From Thecamonas trahens ATCC 50062 (lineage: Eukaryota > Protista > Apusomonadida), in assembly GCF_000142905.1 (NCBI RefSeq), contig NW_013657667.1, positions 497,052-561,051 on the forward strand: 64,000 nt of DNA, written 5' to 3'. Each line of letters starts with the position of its first letter. The first letter of the stretch is position 1. The notes under the pieces are model-generated. The model saw only the letters and a program-made list of their open reading frames with translations. It was not told the DNA's origin and searched no databases. A program made the position numbers and the translations under genes. This document shows positions 1 through 10,661 of this stretch, piece by piece.

Positions 1-100
1 GGGGGGGGGGGGGGGGGGGCGTGGATGCTAGGGATCGGAATGTGGATTGGTGTAGGGATGCAGGACGCGGAGCTTGGGGCGGTAGTGGCGGCGATGGTGT

Positions 101-1645
101 TCAGAGATCAGGGATCAGGGTAGTGGAGACGGCAAGGAATAGGGGTAGGGCACGGGATGGGGATCGCAATATCGGCGGCGGCGGAATCGGCGCGATGGGC
201 GCTTTACTTTCGCGCGATACCACCTTGTGGGCAAGGTTGACAAGAGCCTCACGGGCCGGTGAGTCAGGGAGGTTGCAGATGGCGGCGATGGCGTGCGAGG
301 CGTGGTCGAGGGCAAGTGACTTGGTCTGCTCGAGGCCGTTGCTCTTCCAGACCAGCTCGCGGGCACGATAGGCGTCGCCTTCACCCTCGAACGAGCGCTC
401 CATGAGCTCGTTGAGCTCGGGATAGGTGTGGGCGGCAAAGAGGACTGGGGCGGTGGCGAGGCCAAGCTTGAGATCGGCCGACGACGGCTTGCCCAGCGTC
501 GAGTCGTTGCCAACAAAGTCGAGGTAGTCGTCGATGAGCTGGAAGGCGAGGCCGAGGTGGCGACCGTACTCAAAGGCGTGGCTCGCGGGCTCGCCGCGAT
601 GCCCGCCGAGGATGGCCGCGGCCTGTGACGAGTACGCAATGAGCGATGCGGTCTTCATGAACGTCTTCTGCATGTAGTTGTCAAAGTTGACCTCGGCCCG
701 CGACGCGTTGTTGCGCGGCGGAGCGAGCTGCATGAACTCGCCCTCGACCAAGTTGGCGATGACTGTCGAGAGAAGCTCAATGACCTCGACGTTGCGGAGG
801 CGTGCAAGTGCGAGCGAGGCGCGGGCGAGCAAAAAGTCGCCGCCAAGCACTGCCATCTTGTTGCCAAACACCCGGTTGACTGAGACAACCGCGCGGCGGG
901 TGTCGGCGACGTCGATGACATCGTCGTGGACCAGCGACGCGGTGTGGATCATCTCGGTGATTTCGGCGAGCCGGCGCTGCTCCGGCAGGACGTATGCGTC
1001 GTCATCCGGCTCGGCGCCGTCGGCGGGCGGGAGCCGACGGGCTGCGTTGCCGGCGTCGGGCGCGTCGAGCGCCGCGTACGCCCGCGACATCAGCAGCACA
1101 ATTGTGGGGCGGACCTTCTTGCCCTCGAGATCAAAGTAGTACTGCGCCACCTTGTGCAGGACGGGATGGTTGCTCTCGATCAGCTTCTTGATGTTTGAGG
1201 TGAGGAACTTGAGCTCGGGCCCGACAAGGCTGGTCGGATCCAAGCTCGACAGCCTTGCCGCAGCCTCCAGCTCGCGCGCCACATCTGGCGCCAGCCCGGA
1301 CGAGTCGACCATCGACGACGACGATGATGCCGACGACGCCGCTCCGCCAGCCAGCATCGATGCCGTCAGTGAGGCCGACTTGATGGTGAGATTGGCGGCA
1401 TGAGCGACTTCGCCCAGAACGTCCCGGATGACGGCAGCCGGGCCCTTGAGGCCACCCATCCGCGAACTCTTGCTTCCGTTGTCATCCGCTGACGATGCCA
1501 TTCCCCGTGAACTCACTCCTCCAAACTTGCCGAACGTGCGCGTCATCGCTGACCTTCTGCCGGCTGTCACTGCTGCTGCTGCTGCTGCTGCCGCTGCCGC
1601 AGCCGACGCTTCAGCCGGTGCTGCCACCACTGCCCACCTCAGCAT
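101..1645 (-). CDS. COQ1: Long-chain trans-polyprenyl diphosphate synthase (Coq1/PDSS1/solanesyl-PP synthase-like)
   Basis: GKKVRP, EMIHTASLVHDDVID (FARM) followed by RR, KTASL, LGLAFQLIDDYLD (SARM), GKP..ADL. Ala/Arg/Ser-rich N-terminus resembling a mitochondrial presequence. Confidence 0.9.
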   Translation of the reverse strand: MLRWAVVAAPAEASAAAAAAAAAAAVTAGRRSAMTRTFGKFGGVSSRGMASSADDNGSKSSRMGGLKGPAAVIRDVLGEVAHAANLTIKSASLTASMLAGGAASSASSSSSMVDSSGLAPDVARELEAAARLSSLDPTSLVGPELKFLTSNIKKLIESNHPVLHKVAQYYFDLEGKKVRPTIVLLMSRAYAALDAPDAGNAARRLPPADGAEPDDDAYVLPEQRRLAEITEMIHTASLVHDDVIDVADTRRAVVSVNRVFGNKMAVLGGDFLLARASLALARLRNVEVIELLSTVIANLVEGEFMQLAPPRNNASRAEVNFDNYMQKTFMKTASLIAYSSQAAAILGGHRGEPASHAFEYGRHLGLAFQLIDDYLDFVGNDSTLGKPSSADLKLGLATAPVLFAAHTYPELNELMERSFEGEGDAYRARELVWKSNGLEQTKSLALDHASHAIAAICNLPDSPAREALVNLAHKVVSRESKAPIAPIPPPPILRSPSRALPLFLAVSTTLIPDL

Positions 1646-1859
1646 GATGGCTGGTTGATGGTGTGGAGGGGGATGGGGATTGCTTCACTCTCTGCTGTAC
1701 TCAAACCGCTTGTGTCCACCGAGTCGTCTTGTCACAACTGGGTCGAGGGCGTTGAGTGTGGGCGGTGGTGGCGGGGTGTGAGCGGTGAGGGGGTGGGGCT
1801 GTGAGGCGGGCTGTTCTTCTTTGGTGGATGGGCTTCGACGGACGGCTGCGAGCAGCGCG

Positions 1860-3724
1860 TCACGGCAGGTTGGGATGTCGGCATACGAGTTTTGAGGGAG
1901 CAAGGACAGGCGGCAAGTTCATTGGGCAGCAGCATCCGGCCGGCGATCCATTACGAACGGCGCGGGCTCTTGGAGCGGCGGGAGGAGCGGCGCGGGCCGG
2001 CGGCTCGGGCGAGGCCGGGATGGCCGGGATGGGCTGGTTGAGGGCAAGGAGCGGCGGGAGCGAGGTGAGGGCGTTGGTAACAATGTCGGCGATGGTGGCA
2101 AGGGCGGCGGCGAGGTCGTCGACGTCCATGGCGGCGGAGACCGAGATGGTGAGTGCCGGCTGCGGGGTAAAGTACTCCTCCGAGTAGTTGAAGCGGGTGG
2201 CGGCGATGAGGATGCCGGCGTCGAGGGCGGCGGCAGCGACGGCAGACCAGACGTCCTCCTGGGCATTGCGGCCGTCATCCGAGGCCGTGGCCGAGTCAGG
2301 GACGTCAAGGACGAGGTGGAGGAACGGGACGCGGTGCGAGCCGAGGGCGACGGTGCCCGGCAGCGAGCGGAGGCGCGACGAGTGAAGGACCGAGACACGG
2401 TCGGCGAGGGCGTCGAGGAACGGGGCCGGCGAGTCGGCGACGAGGTCGAGGGCGGTGTTGGCGGCCGACGAGAGCATGGGCGGCGCCGAGGCCGAGAAGC
2501 AGTAGCCCGAGCCGGAGAGGCGCTGGTGGTCGACAACGACCGACGAGCCGGCACAGATGCCACCGACGGCGGCAAACGAGTTGGAGAGCGAGGCGGTGAG
2601 GAAGAGGAGCTCGTCGATGTCCACGCCAAAGTGCTCGGTCACGCCCTTGCCCGAGGCGCCGAGAACGCCGAGCGAGTGCGACTCCTCGACAACGAGGCGG
2701 AAACGGAACTTGTTCTTGAGCTCGACAATGCGCGGCAGGTCGCAGATGGTACCGGTGTTGGCGAACACGCCCTCGGTGACCACAAACCGCCGGTTGAGCT
2801 TGCCGCCACGCTCGTCAGCAGCGGCCACGTACTCGGAGAGCACTCGCTCGAGATCGTCCATGTCATTGTGCTCGTACCACAGGATCTTGGATCGCGAGAG
2901 GCGGAGGCCGGTCTGGACCGGGAACGACACGGCCTTGTCGGCCACAATGACGTCGCCGCGCTTGGCAAAGGCCGGGATGGCAGAGGCGATGGTGGAGAAA
3001 CCGTACGAGTAGAGGATCGACTCCTCAACGCCGAGCCAGCGCGCAAAGGCCTCCTCAAGGTGAACGTGCGGGTTGACCGAGCCGTAGAAGCCACGCGGGC
3101 CACACGAGCCACAGCCATACTCCTTGAGGGTAAGGAGGGCAGCCTGGATGCAATCCCTGTTGCCCGAGAGACCGAGATAGTTCCCCGAGCCAAGGTTGAG
3201 CACACCGTCCTTGCCCTCGATGGTGACATGAACACCACCAGGCTCAACACGATCGATGACAGGACCCATCTCCATAGCCTTCTGACGATCGTCCAGCACA
3301 GGCACCAGCGGCTCAGGCGTCCACTCTTCCACCAGTTCATCGATTTCCGTCCTGCTCAGCTTGGTCGGCTTGCTACTGGGCCGGAACGACGATCCGAGCA
3401 TGAGGTACACCACCCAGAGTGCCAGTGCTGCTTCCACAGCCTATATACGCAGTGTATGTTCATGAGTGGAGGTGCATGGATTGGGTAGGATGGGTGTGGG
3501 GAGGGGGGGGGTCGGCGGGGTGGTGGCGGTGGTGGTGGTGGTGGGATGCGGCGCCAAATGCCACGTCGACGAGGTGTGGAGGGGGGGGGGGGGGGGGGGG
3601 GAGGGGCAGGGGAGAGGGAGAGGGGACATACCACATGGTAGGGGTCATTCTGGTACATGTACACAGTAAACTCGATGGCGACGTTGTACAGGTGCTGCGC
3701 GAGGTGAATGGCGTCGTCAATCAT
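1860..3724 (-). CDS. SPTLC1: Serine palmitoyltransferase subunit 1 (LCB1); exons 3724-3632 and 3440-1860
   Basis: EIDELVEEWTPEPLVP, YGCGSCGPRGFYG, HQRLSGSGYCFSASAPP. The PLP lysine is absent (ASLSNS), as expected for LCB1. GTATGT...TAG intron at 3631-3441 joins the exons in frame. Confidence 0.92.
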
Positions 3725-3896
3725 GGTGGTTGGTGGGAGGGAATGGGGGGAGGGGGAGGTGGTTGGTTGGTGGCGGTGGCGTGAAGTGTGGTTGGCGCGG
3801 GTGGTGGATGGCATCAGCAGAGGAAAGTGAGACGGGCACGGTCACCGTGCAACCGGGGTGCAGCAGTTGGCAGGCGATGGGGAATTGCCAGGCGGT

Positions 3897-4602
3897 TTAC
3901 TCGGGTGCGGCCACGGTTGCGGCGTTACGATGGAGGCCGGCCTCGCGAAAGGCAGCAATGACCGAGTTCCAGTCCTCCGAGGCGGATGTCCAGCCGCGGC
4001 CTGGGGAGAGGACCATGTACACGGTGCCGGGGATGTTGAGGCGCTTGTCAACGATGGTGATGGCGCAGCGGGCGCCCGAGACGACGACGTCCTGCGGCGG
4101 GAAGACCATTTCGGCCAAGGCCGGGATGCCGAGGGCATGCAGGGTCTGGAACAGATACTTTGTGTTCTGGCCCGAGGCCTTGTAGCGGTAAAAGGTGGCC
4201 TTGTCGTCCTCCTCCAACGCGCGGCGCCAGATGCGGTAGCACTCGACGGGGTCGTCCGGAAAGGCCGGGACGTGGCATACGCCCGACAGGGCCTCGCGCC
4301 ACGCCTCGAGCTCGGAGCGGTCCTTCGAGTACATGAGATAGGTGCGTTCGGGCGTGCCGACCTCGACGCAAGTCTCCTTCCGCTCCTCGGTGTTGAGCTC
4401 GACGTACATGATATCCGAAACGAGGATAGTGCCCTTGAGCTTGCTTGCGCCCGAGTCGGCAAAGTACCGTAGCGTCCGTGAGTTGAGCACAAACCACCGC
4501 TTGCGCCAGTTCTTCCACTTGGCGCCCTTCTTGATCAGCTGGCCCTCGCGGATGACCTCGAGGCCCGAGCCGTCGCCGCCATTGTCTGCTGTGGCCACTG
4601 CA

Positions 4603-4635
<33 letters not shown>

Positions 4636-5482
4636 TCGCCGTCATCATCTTCATCATCGTCCGACTCGGAGCCGTTTGCAGCTGCGGCACCCTGTGGTGC
4701 ATCTGCGTCGGGCGAGTCTCCTACCTCGACTTCAGCAGTGGCCTTGGTAGAGGGATCGGCCTCAGCGTCAGCCGAAATCTCATCATCAGCCTGGTTTCCA
4801 GCAATGTGTTCGGCATCTGGGTCGGCCTCGGCCCCTGTTTCGGCCTCTGTTCCGGCCTCTGTTACGGCCTCTGCTTCCGGTTCCACCTCGGACTCTGCCA
4901 CTGCCACCTCCGCCTCATCCTCGACCTCGACCTCAGCCTCAGCCTCGACCTCGGCCCTGTTTCGGCCTCTGTTCCGGCCTCTTTCTCGGCCTCTGCTTCC
5001 GGTTCCACCTCGGACTCTGCCACTGCCACCTCAGCCTCAGCCTCGACCTCGGCCTCAGCCTCGACCTCGGCCTCAGCCTCAGCCTCGGCCTCAGCCTCGA
5101 CCTCGGCCTCGGCCTCGGCCTCGACTTCAGCCTCAGCCTCGACTTCAGCCTCAGCCTCGACTTCAGCCTCAGCCTCGACTTCAGCCTCAGCCTCGACTTC
5201 AGCCTCAGCCTCAGCCTCGGCCTCAGCCTCGCTCTCCATGTCCTCGACAAGCTGGCCAACGACCTCGTCCAGGGCATCCCACTCGGCCTCGTCGGAGCCG
5301 GCCTGGGGCACCTGTGTGGAGAGTCCAGCAGGTTCGGTGCCCCTGCCAGGCCCGCTCTCCTCGCACGAGCTCATGCTGTGGCCCTTGGCGCGCGTCGAGT
5401 GTGCCACGCCGCGTGACCCGTCGACGACGGCGAGCGCCGTGTTCGCCAGGCATGCGGGCGCTGATTTTTTTTCAGTTGGCAC
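3897..5482 (-). CDS. PH-domain protein with an acidic Glu/Ala-repeat N-terminus (frameshift near 4955)
   Basis: REGQLIKKGAKWKNWRKRWFVL...RTYLM..ELEAWREAL is a canonical PH domain. The upstream ORF 4862-5482 has (EAEAEV)n repeats that continue into the downstream frame. Confidence 0.75.
4821..5230. repeat. Coding tandem repeats (cctcag/cctcga hexamers, 18-bp units and a ~125-bp duplication) encoding EAEAEV
   Basis: Visible directly. The block gtttcggcctctgttccggcctct...ggactctgccactgccacctc occurs twice (about 4837 and 4959). Confidence 0.85.
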
Positions 5483-5849
5483 TCGGAATGGATTTCAGAT
5501 GTCATTGCTAGTGGGGTAAGTGGGGAAAGGCATGCACCGATCACAGCCCATAAGGAAGCGACCGGTGTCTGCTTTGCTTTTCAACATGTGCACAGAAGAG
5601 ATGGTGGTGCACGGAGGGCAGGAGGGTCGTAATAGGAGCAAAAAGAAAAATTGGAAAGTGAACGTCGCAGGTAATTTCGATGTAAAAGTCAGATAAAAGA
5701 GCGAAACGTCCGAAGCCAATCGATTACTTCTGTCATGTGTTGATGGATATGAATGTCACAGTCTACTCCGGGAATCGAACTTGACCTCTCACCAGCACCT
5801 GCACCTGCGCGCCGGGAATACGGTCGTCTTGCACTCGTCGCAGCGCCCC

Positions 5850-6872
5850 ATGACATCAGAGACGCCCCCGTGGACAGAGTTTGCCACTGGCGAGGTGGTT
5901 GTCGAGGACGACACTTCCAGAGCGTTTTCTATCTTCCCAGCAACGCTCCGGTCGACGGGGGAGGCGGTGGCTGCGACAGGTTGGCTCGAGGCCGACGACG
6001 ACGATCTAGCTGTCCTCATCCACCAGGTTCAGGCGTACGGTGTCGTGCATGGCATCTTGAGTGGCATCGGCTTGGTTCGCAACAGCGCTGGTCTTGTGCG
6101 GATTGTGCTTGAAGCGCCTGCGGGTGGATGGCTGGCGGATCGCATGCGGCGGCGGCGGGGTGGCAGTGACGGCGCGGGCGATGATGCGGCACCGGTGCGG
6201 AGCGAAACGCAGATCATTGGGGACTCGAGCGACTCGAGCGATGATGATGGCTATGGGTTTGCACCGCTGCTGATCGGGGACGCCGCGTGGGTGGTGCGCG
6301 AGGTGGCAGGGACGCTGAAGATGATGCTCGAGGCCGACCAGGCTGTGCCAGGCATCTCAATGGAGATGATCGGGTTCTCGGCTGATGGCGAGGTGAGGCT
6401 GCAGAACCCGGGTGCAATGTTGGCGACTCGAAAGTGGTATGCTGGCGGAAGCAGCAGTATGATGCTCTCTGACACTGGGCTGCTCCCACACTATCTATGC
6501 CCTGAGACGCTCACCATGACGAGCATTGCGCCACCCGAACAAGCGCCGTGGAGCCTCGGGATCCTAGTGTACGAGCTATTGGTCGGCGAGCCACCCATGG
6601 CTGACACACACTTAATGCGTGCTCTGTTTGTCATTCCGTCGCGAGGGCTGGATCTCGGTGCGGTGGACATCGCAGCCGAAGCCCTGGATCTTGTGGGCGC
6701 AGTCTGCGCACTGGAGCGCGAAGCGCGGCTGGGCGTGTCGGGTAGAACCATCGCGCTTGATGACGTGCTTGCACATCCGTTCTTTGGAGCAGCATCAGCA
6801 GGCCTTGGCAGTCCTGGTGATGCAGAGTGGGTGCCGAAGGACGAAGAGCCGTCGCCGCTGGACGATATGTAG
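5850..6872 (+). CDS. Pseudokinase with a STE20-like C-lobe
   Basis: YLCPE, WSLGILVYELLVGEPPMADTHLMRALFVIP and LAHPFF match kinase subdomains VIII-XI. No HRD, DFG or Gly-rich loop is recognisable. Confidence 0.7.
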   Translation: MTSETPPWTEFATGEVVVEDDTSRAFSIFPATLRSTGEAVAATGWLEADDDDLAVLIHQVQAYGVVHGILSGIGLVRNSAGLVRIVLEAPAGGWLADRMRRRRGGSDGAGDDAAPVRSETQIIGDSSDSSDDDGYGFAPLLIGDAAWVVREVAGTLKMMLEADQAVPGISMEMIGFSADGEVRLQNPGAMLATRKWYAGGSSSMMLSDTGLLPHYLCPETLTMTSIAPPEQAPWSLGILVYELLVGEPPMADTHLMRALFVIPSRGLDLGAVDIAAEALDLVGAVCALEREARLGVSGRTIALDDVLAHPFFGAASAGLGSPGDAEWVPKDEEPSPLDDM

Positions 6873-6937
6873 GGCTTGGTTGCCGCTGGACGATCTGTAG
6901 GGCTTGGTCGCCGCTAAACGATCTGTAGGGCTTGGAC
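6854..6937. repeat. Three copies of a 28-bp tandem repeat spanning the pseudokinase stop codon
   Basis: gccgctggacgat(a/c)tgtagggcttggtN at 6854, 6882 and 6910 (third copy diverged). Confidence 0.9.
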
Positions 6938-6941
6938 GTAT

Positions 6942-7745
6942 TTACGATCCGCCGGGCAGCATGAGGAGGAGGACGACCGGGAGGATGTAGTACCAGTAGC
7001 GGAGGAACCACGGACGGTTATCAACCGAAGCCTCGGCTTCGGCGGCGGCCTGCAGCTCCTGGACGGAGGGAACGGCGGCGTGTGTGGCGAGCTTGCCCGA
7101 GTCAAAGACGACCTCCGACTTGAGCGAGATGGCCTTGGCGAGGCGGACCTTGCCGGGCTCACACACCGGGTTCCGCAAAATGTACGACAGTGCGACAACG
7201 TCTCCATCGTCGTCCAGGTGAACCGCGAGCCGCTCGCGGAAGCGTGAGCTTGCCAGCGAGCAGGCCGGGATGGCAACCATGGCCTTGCCGACCCGGACCA
7301 GATAGCGAGCATCAGCCTTGACGAGGGCGTTAAAGGCGATCACATCGTGGTCGGTCAGCTCGACGACGTCCTTGCTGACGCGACCGGCAGCACGACGAGT
7401 TCCGTGGGAGATGATCTGCCTCGGTTTCCAGCTCTTTCCGCCGTCGTACGAGACCTCGACCACCAGCTCAGCACTCGAGGCGCCGGCCTTTCCGGCGGCT
7501 GAGCTTCCAGCAGTGCCCGGAGCACTCTTCCGAGCATTCTGGCCAGCCTTTGCCGCCCGCGGCGCGCGCTTGGCCTGGACCTTGGGCTTGGCGGGAGAGG
7601 GAGCGGAGGTCGGAGAGGGGGGGGACGGCTTGCCTGACGGAGGCCGCTTCTTGGCCTTGCCCACCAGGTCAAAGGCCGTGGTCGAGGTGATGGCAAGGAG
7701 GAGGAGGACGACAAGGCACCCGGTGACGAGGTGCGTGGTGCGCAT
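6942..7745 (-). CDS. EMC10: ER membrane protein complex subunit 10-like
   Basis: Signal peptide MRTTHLVTGCLVVLLLLA; ACSLASSRFRERLAVHLDDDG; C-terminal WFLRYWYYILPVVLLLML TM motif. Confidence 0.8.
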   Translation of the reverse strand: MRTTHLVTGCLVVLLLLAITSTTAFDLVGKAKKRPPSGKPSPPSPTSAPSPAKPKVQAKRAPRAAKAGQNARKSAPGTAGSSAAGKAGASSAELVVEVSYDGGKSWKPRQIISHGTRRAAGRVSKDVVELTDHDVIAFNALVKADARYLVRVGKAMVAIPACSLASSRFRERLAVHLDDDGDVVALSYILRNPVCEPGKVRLAKAISLKSEVVFDSGKLATHAAVPSVQELQAAAEAEASVDNRPWFLRYWYYILPVVLLLMLPGGS

Positions 7746-7990
7746 AGCTCGCAGAGGAACACGTGTGTGGGGGTGTGGGGTGGGGGTGTGGGGTGGAGGG
7801 GCGTGAGAGAGGTGAGAGGAGGTGGACGGAGAGGGCTTGGCGGAGCGAGTGGGTGGGATCATGGCAGGGGGTGAGGGACATACTGATGGAGAGTTTCGTG
7901 GCTTGTGCGATCGAGACGGAGGCTGTAGCCCGGGAAAGTGCGGGCGATGGCAGAGGGAAGAAGGTTGGAGCACGCGGGATGAGGGCTTGA

Positions 7991-10005
7991 TCAGCCAAAG
8001 AGCTTGATGGAGCACGGGGTGCAGTAAGGCTTCTCGTTGTGAGCCTTGAAAGTCTGCGAGCCGCCCGAGCCGAGGTTCTTCATGCAGAACGCGCAGACAA
8101 AGTGCTCCGGGTGGAAGCGTTTGCCGATGGCGGTGAGCGAGCGGCCGACGATGGGCTTTTGGCAGGCAGCGCAAAGCGAGCCGTTCTTGGCGTGGTAGCA
8201 GATCTCGCAGTACGGCAGCGACTCGACCTCAAAGAACGAGCCGCCCTCAAAACCCTTGGTGCAGCCGGTGCAGACAAAGCAGTCAGGGTGCCACTGCTGA
8301 CCGAGGGCGGTGAGGCAGTCGCCGAGGATGGGGTTGCCGCACTTGGGCGAGGCGCACTTTGAGGCAAAGAGGCCAAAGTAGTCTTCCTCGCAGTAGGGGC
8401 GGCCGCCGTGCTCGTAGAAGCCGGCCTGCCCGCCGTCGGGCCCGCCAAATCCGCGGCCACAGTGCGCACAGAAGAAGTGGTCCTCGTGCCAGGTCTTGCC
8501 CAGCGCGTTGATGCACTTGTCCAGAATGGGTCCGTTGCAGTAGGCGCAGCGTGGCGAGAAGAGCTCGTGGAAGTGCCGCTCGCAGTACGGCTTGTTGTCG
8601 CGCTCAAAGAACGAGGTAGAGCCGAGCGGGACCTTGCACGAGAAGCAGGCAAAGTGCTCGGCGTGCCAGACTTGCCCGAGCGCGGTGACAACCTGCCCAA
8701 TGATCGGCTTCATGCACCCGGCGCACGTGCCGCGGTAGTCTGAGCTGACGCCCATCCGGTCCATGTCCGACGTCAGGTTGGAGAGGATGTTGTCCAGGTT
8801 CTTGCCGCCGGCCGGCGCCGCCTGTGCGGGCGCGGCGCCCGACAGTGCGCGCATGACCGCGTCGAGATCCGACGCGCCCGCAAGGTTCGGGTCGACCATC
8901 GGCTGCGCCTGGCTGCTCGGCGGCGGAGCCGCACCGCCGCCGGCCGCCGGCTGGGCGCCGCCGAGGTCGGCCATGAGCGAGTCAAGGTCTGACATGCCTG
9001 ACGCCGGCGCCGCTGAAGGCGCAGGCTGAGCAGCAGGCGCCGGCTGGGCGCCACCGAGGTCGGCCATGAGCGAGTCGAGATCGTCAAGCCCACCGGTGCT
9101 TGCGGGCTGGGCCGCAGGCGCCGCCGCAGGCTGAGCAGCAGGCGCCGGCTGGGCGCCACCGAGGTCGGCCATGAGCGAGTCGAGATCGTCAAGCCCACCG
9201 GTGCTTGCGGGCTGGGCCGCAGGCGCCGCCGCAGGCTGAGCAGCAGGCGCCGGCTGGGCGCCACCGAGGTCGGCCATGAGCGAGTCGAGATCGTCGAGCC
9301 CACCGCCGCTGCTGGCGGGCTGGGCCGCAGGCGCCGCCGCAGGCTGAGCAGCAGGCGCCGGCTGGGCGCCACCGAGGTCGGCCATGAGCGAGTCGAGATC
9401 GTCGAGCCCACCGCCGCTGCTTGCAGGCTGGGCCGCCGGAGCAGGAGCGCCACCGCCGCCACCACCGCCGAGGTCGGCCATGAGGGCATCGAGATCGTCG
9501 AGGCCGCCATCAGCAGCAGGCGCAGGCGCAGCAGCAGGCGCAGGTGCAGGTGCACCACCACCAAGGTCGGCAAGGAGCGAATCTGAAAGCAGGCGGATGT
9601 TATGGGTGAGGAGGAGTGGGAAGGACGGAGCAAGGAAGGTCGCCGAGTGGCCAACACCAATTCAGGGGAATCACCCCATGAGAGCAGCCGGGGAGCATGT
9701 GTGGGGCTAACGAGGCATTATAGCCACGTCAGTCACATTCAAGAACATGCCGGCATAGATGGGATCATGTACAGTGTACAGAGGTGGATGGGGGGGGGGG
9801 AGGTGTGGGACGGGGAACGCAAGGGGGTAGGGGGGGTTGGGAAGGGGTGGGCGGTTGGCGGCAAAAAAAGGGCTTCAGGTGACGCCAAGCGACAGCACGC
9901 GCTGCACGGCCAAGGGAAAGGGGTGTGTGTGTGTGGGGGAGGGGGGAGGAGGGAGTGGGTGACACGAGTATGAGGGAGGAGCGTACCCAGGTCGTCAACA
10001 GACAT
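7991..10005 (-). CDS. PXN: Paxillin (nine LD motifs plus four LIM domains); exons 10005-9987 and 9582-7991
   Basis: Splicing the GTACGC...CAG intron (9986-9583) gives MSVDDLDSLLADL, an LD1 motif. An LD5-like [13 protein letters not shown] precedes four C-terminal LIM domains ([16 protein letters not shown] etc.). Confidence 0.93.
9020..9440. repeat. About four near-identical 105-108 bp coding tandem repeats, each carrying an LD motif
   Basis: The unit ...ccgaggtcggccatgagcgagtcgagatcgtc... recurs near 9055, 9160, 9265 and 9373. Confidence 0.9.
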
Positions 10006-10069
10006 GTTCGACCGAGTTGGAGAGAAGGAATTGATGTGGTGTGTCTGTCAGGAGGGAGTGGAGGGGGGT

Positions 10070-10427
10070 NNNNNNNNNNNNNNNNNNNNNNNNNNNNNNN
10101 NNNNNNNNNNNNNNNNNNNNNNNNNNNNNNNNNNNNNNNNNNNNNNNNNNNNNNNNNNNNNNNNNNNNNNNNNNNNNNNNNNNNNNNNNNNNNNNNNNNN
10201 NNNNNNNNNNNNNNNNNNNNNNNNNNNNNNNNNNNNNNNNNNNNNNNNNNNNNNNNNNNNNNNNNNNNNNNNNNNNNNNNNNNNNNNNNNNNNNNNNNNN
10301 NNNNNNNNNNNNNNNNNNNNNNNNNNNNNNNNNNNNNNNNNNNNNNNNNNNNNNNNNNNNNNNNNNNNNNNNNNNNNNNNNNNNNNNNNNNNNNNNNNNN
10401 NNNNNNNNNNNNNNNNNNNNNNNNNNN
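10070..10427. other. Assembly gap (N run)
   Basis: Run of n bases. Confidence 1.
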
Positions 10428-10661
10428 AGGGCACGGATATCTAGGCGATTCGGCAAGGCGCGGAGCGACGATGAGATGAGATGGGAGATGGGGTTGATGG
10501 CGCGAAAGTAGGCATGATGTGCGTTGGCTCGCCTACAGTGATATGCGTTGTTGGTAGTGCATGCCGATCTGGTGAGGATCTTCCTTTTGCCCATCTACAT
10601 CCCGACCGATGTGTGGTTGAGCTCGGAGCTAACCTCTCTCGCGCTTGCGCTCGAGGAGGTC

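Noticed and set aside
6854-6937. 28-bp repeats as a CRISPR array
   Set aside because: The repeats are contiguous with no spacers, there are no cas genes, and the context is eukaryotic.
9925-10594. ORFs running through the N-gap
   Set aside because: Artefacts of translating Ns.
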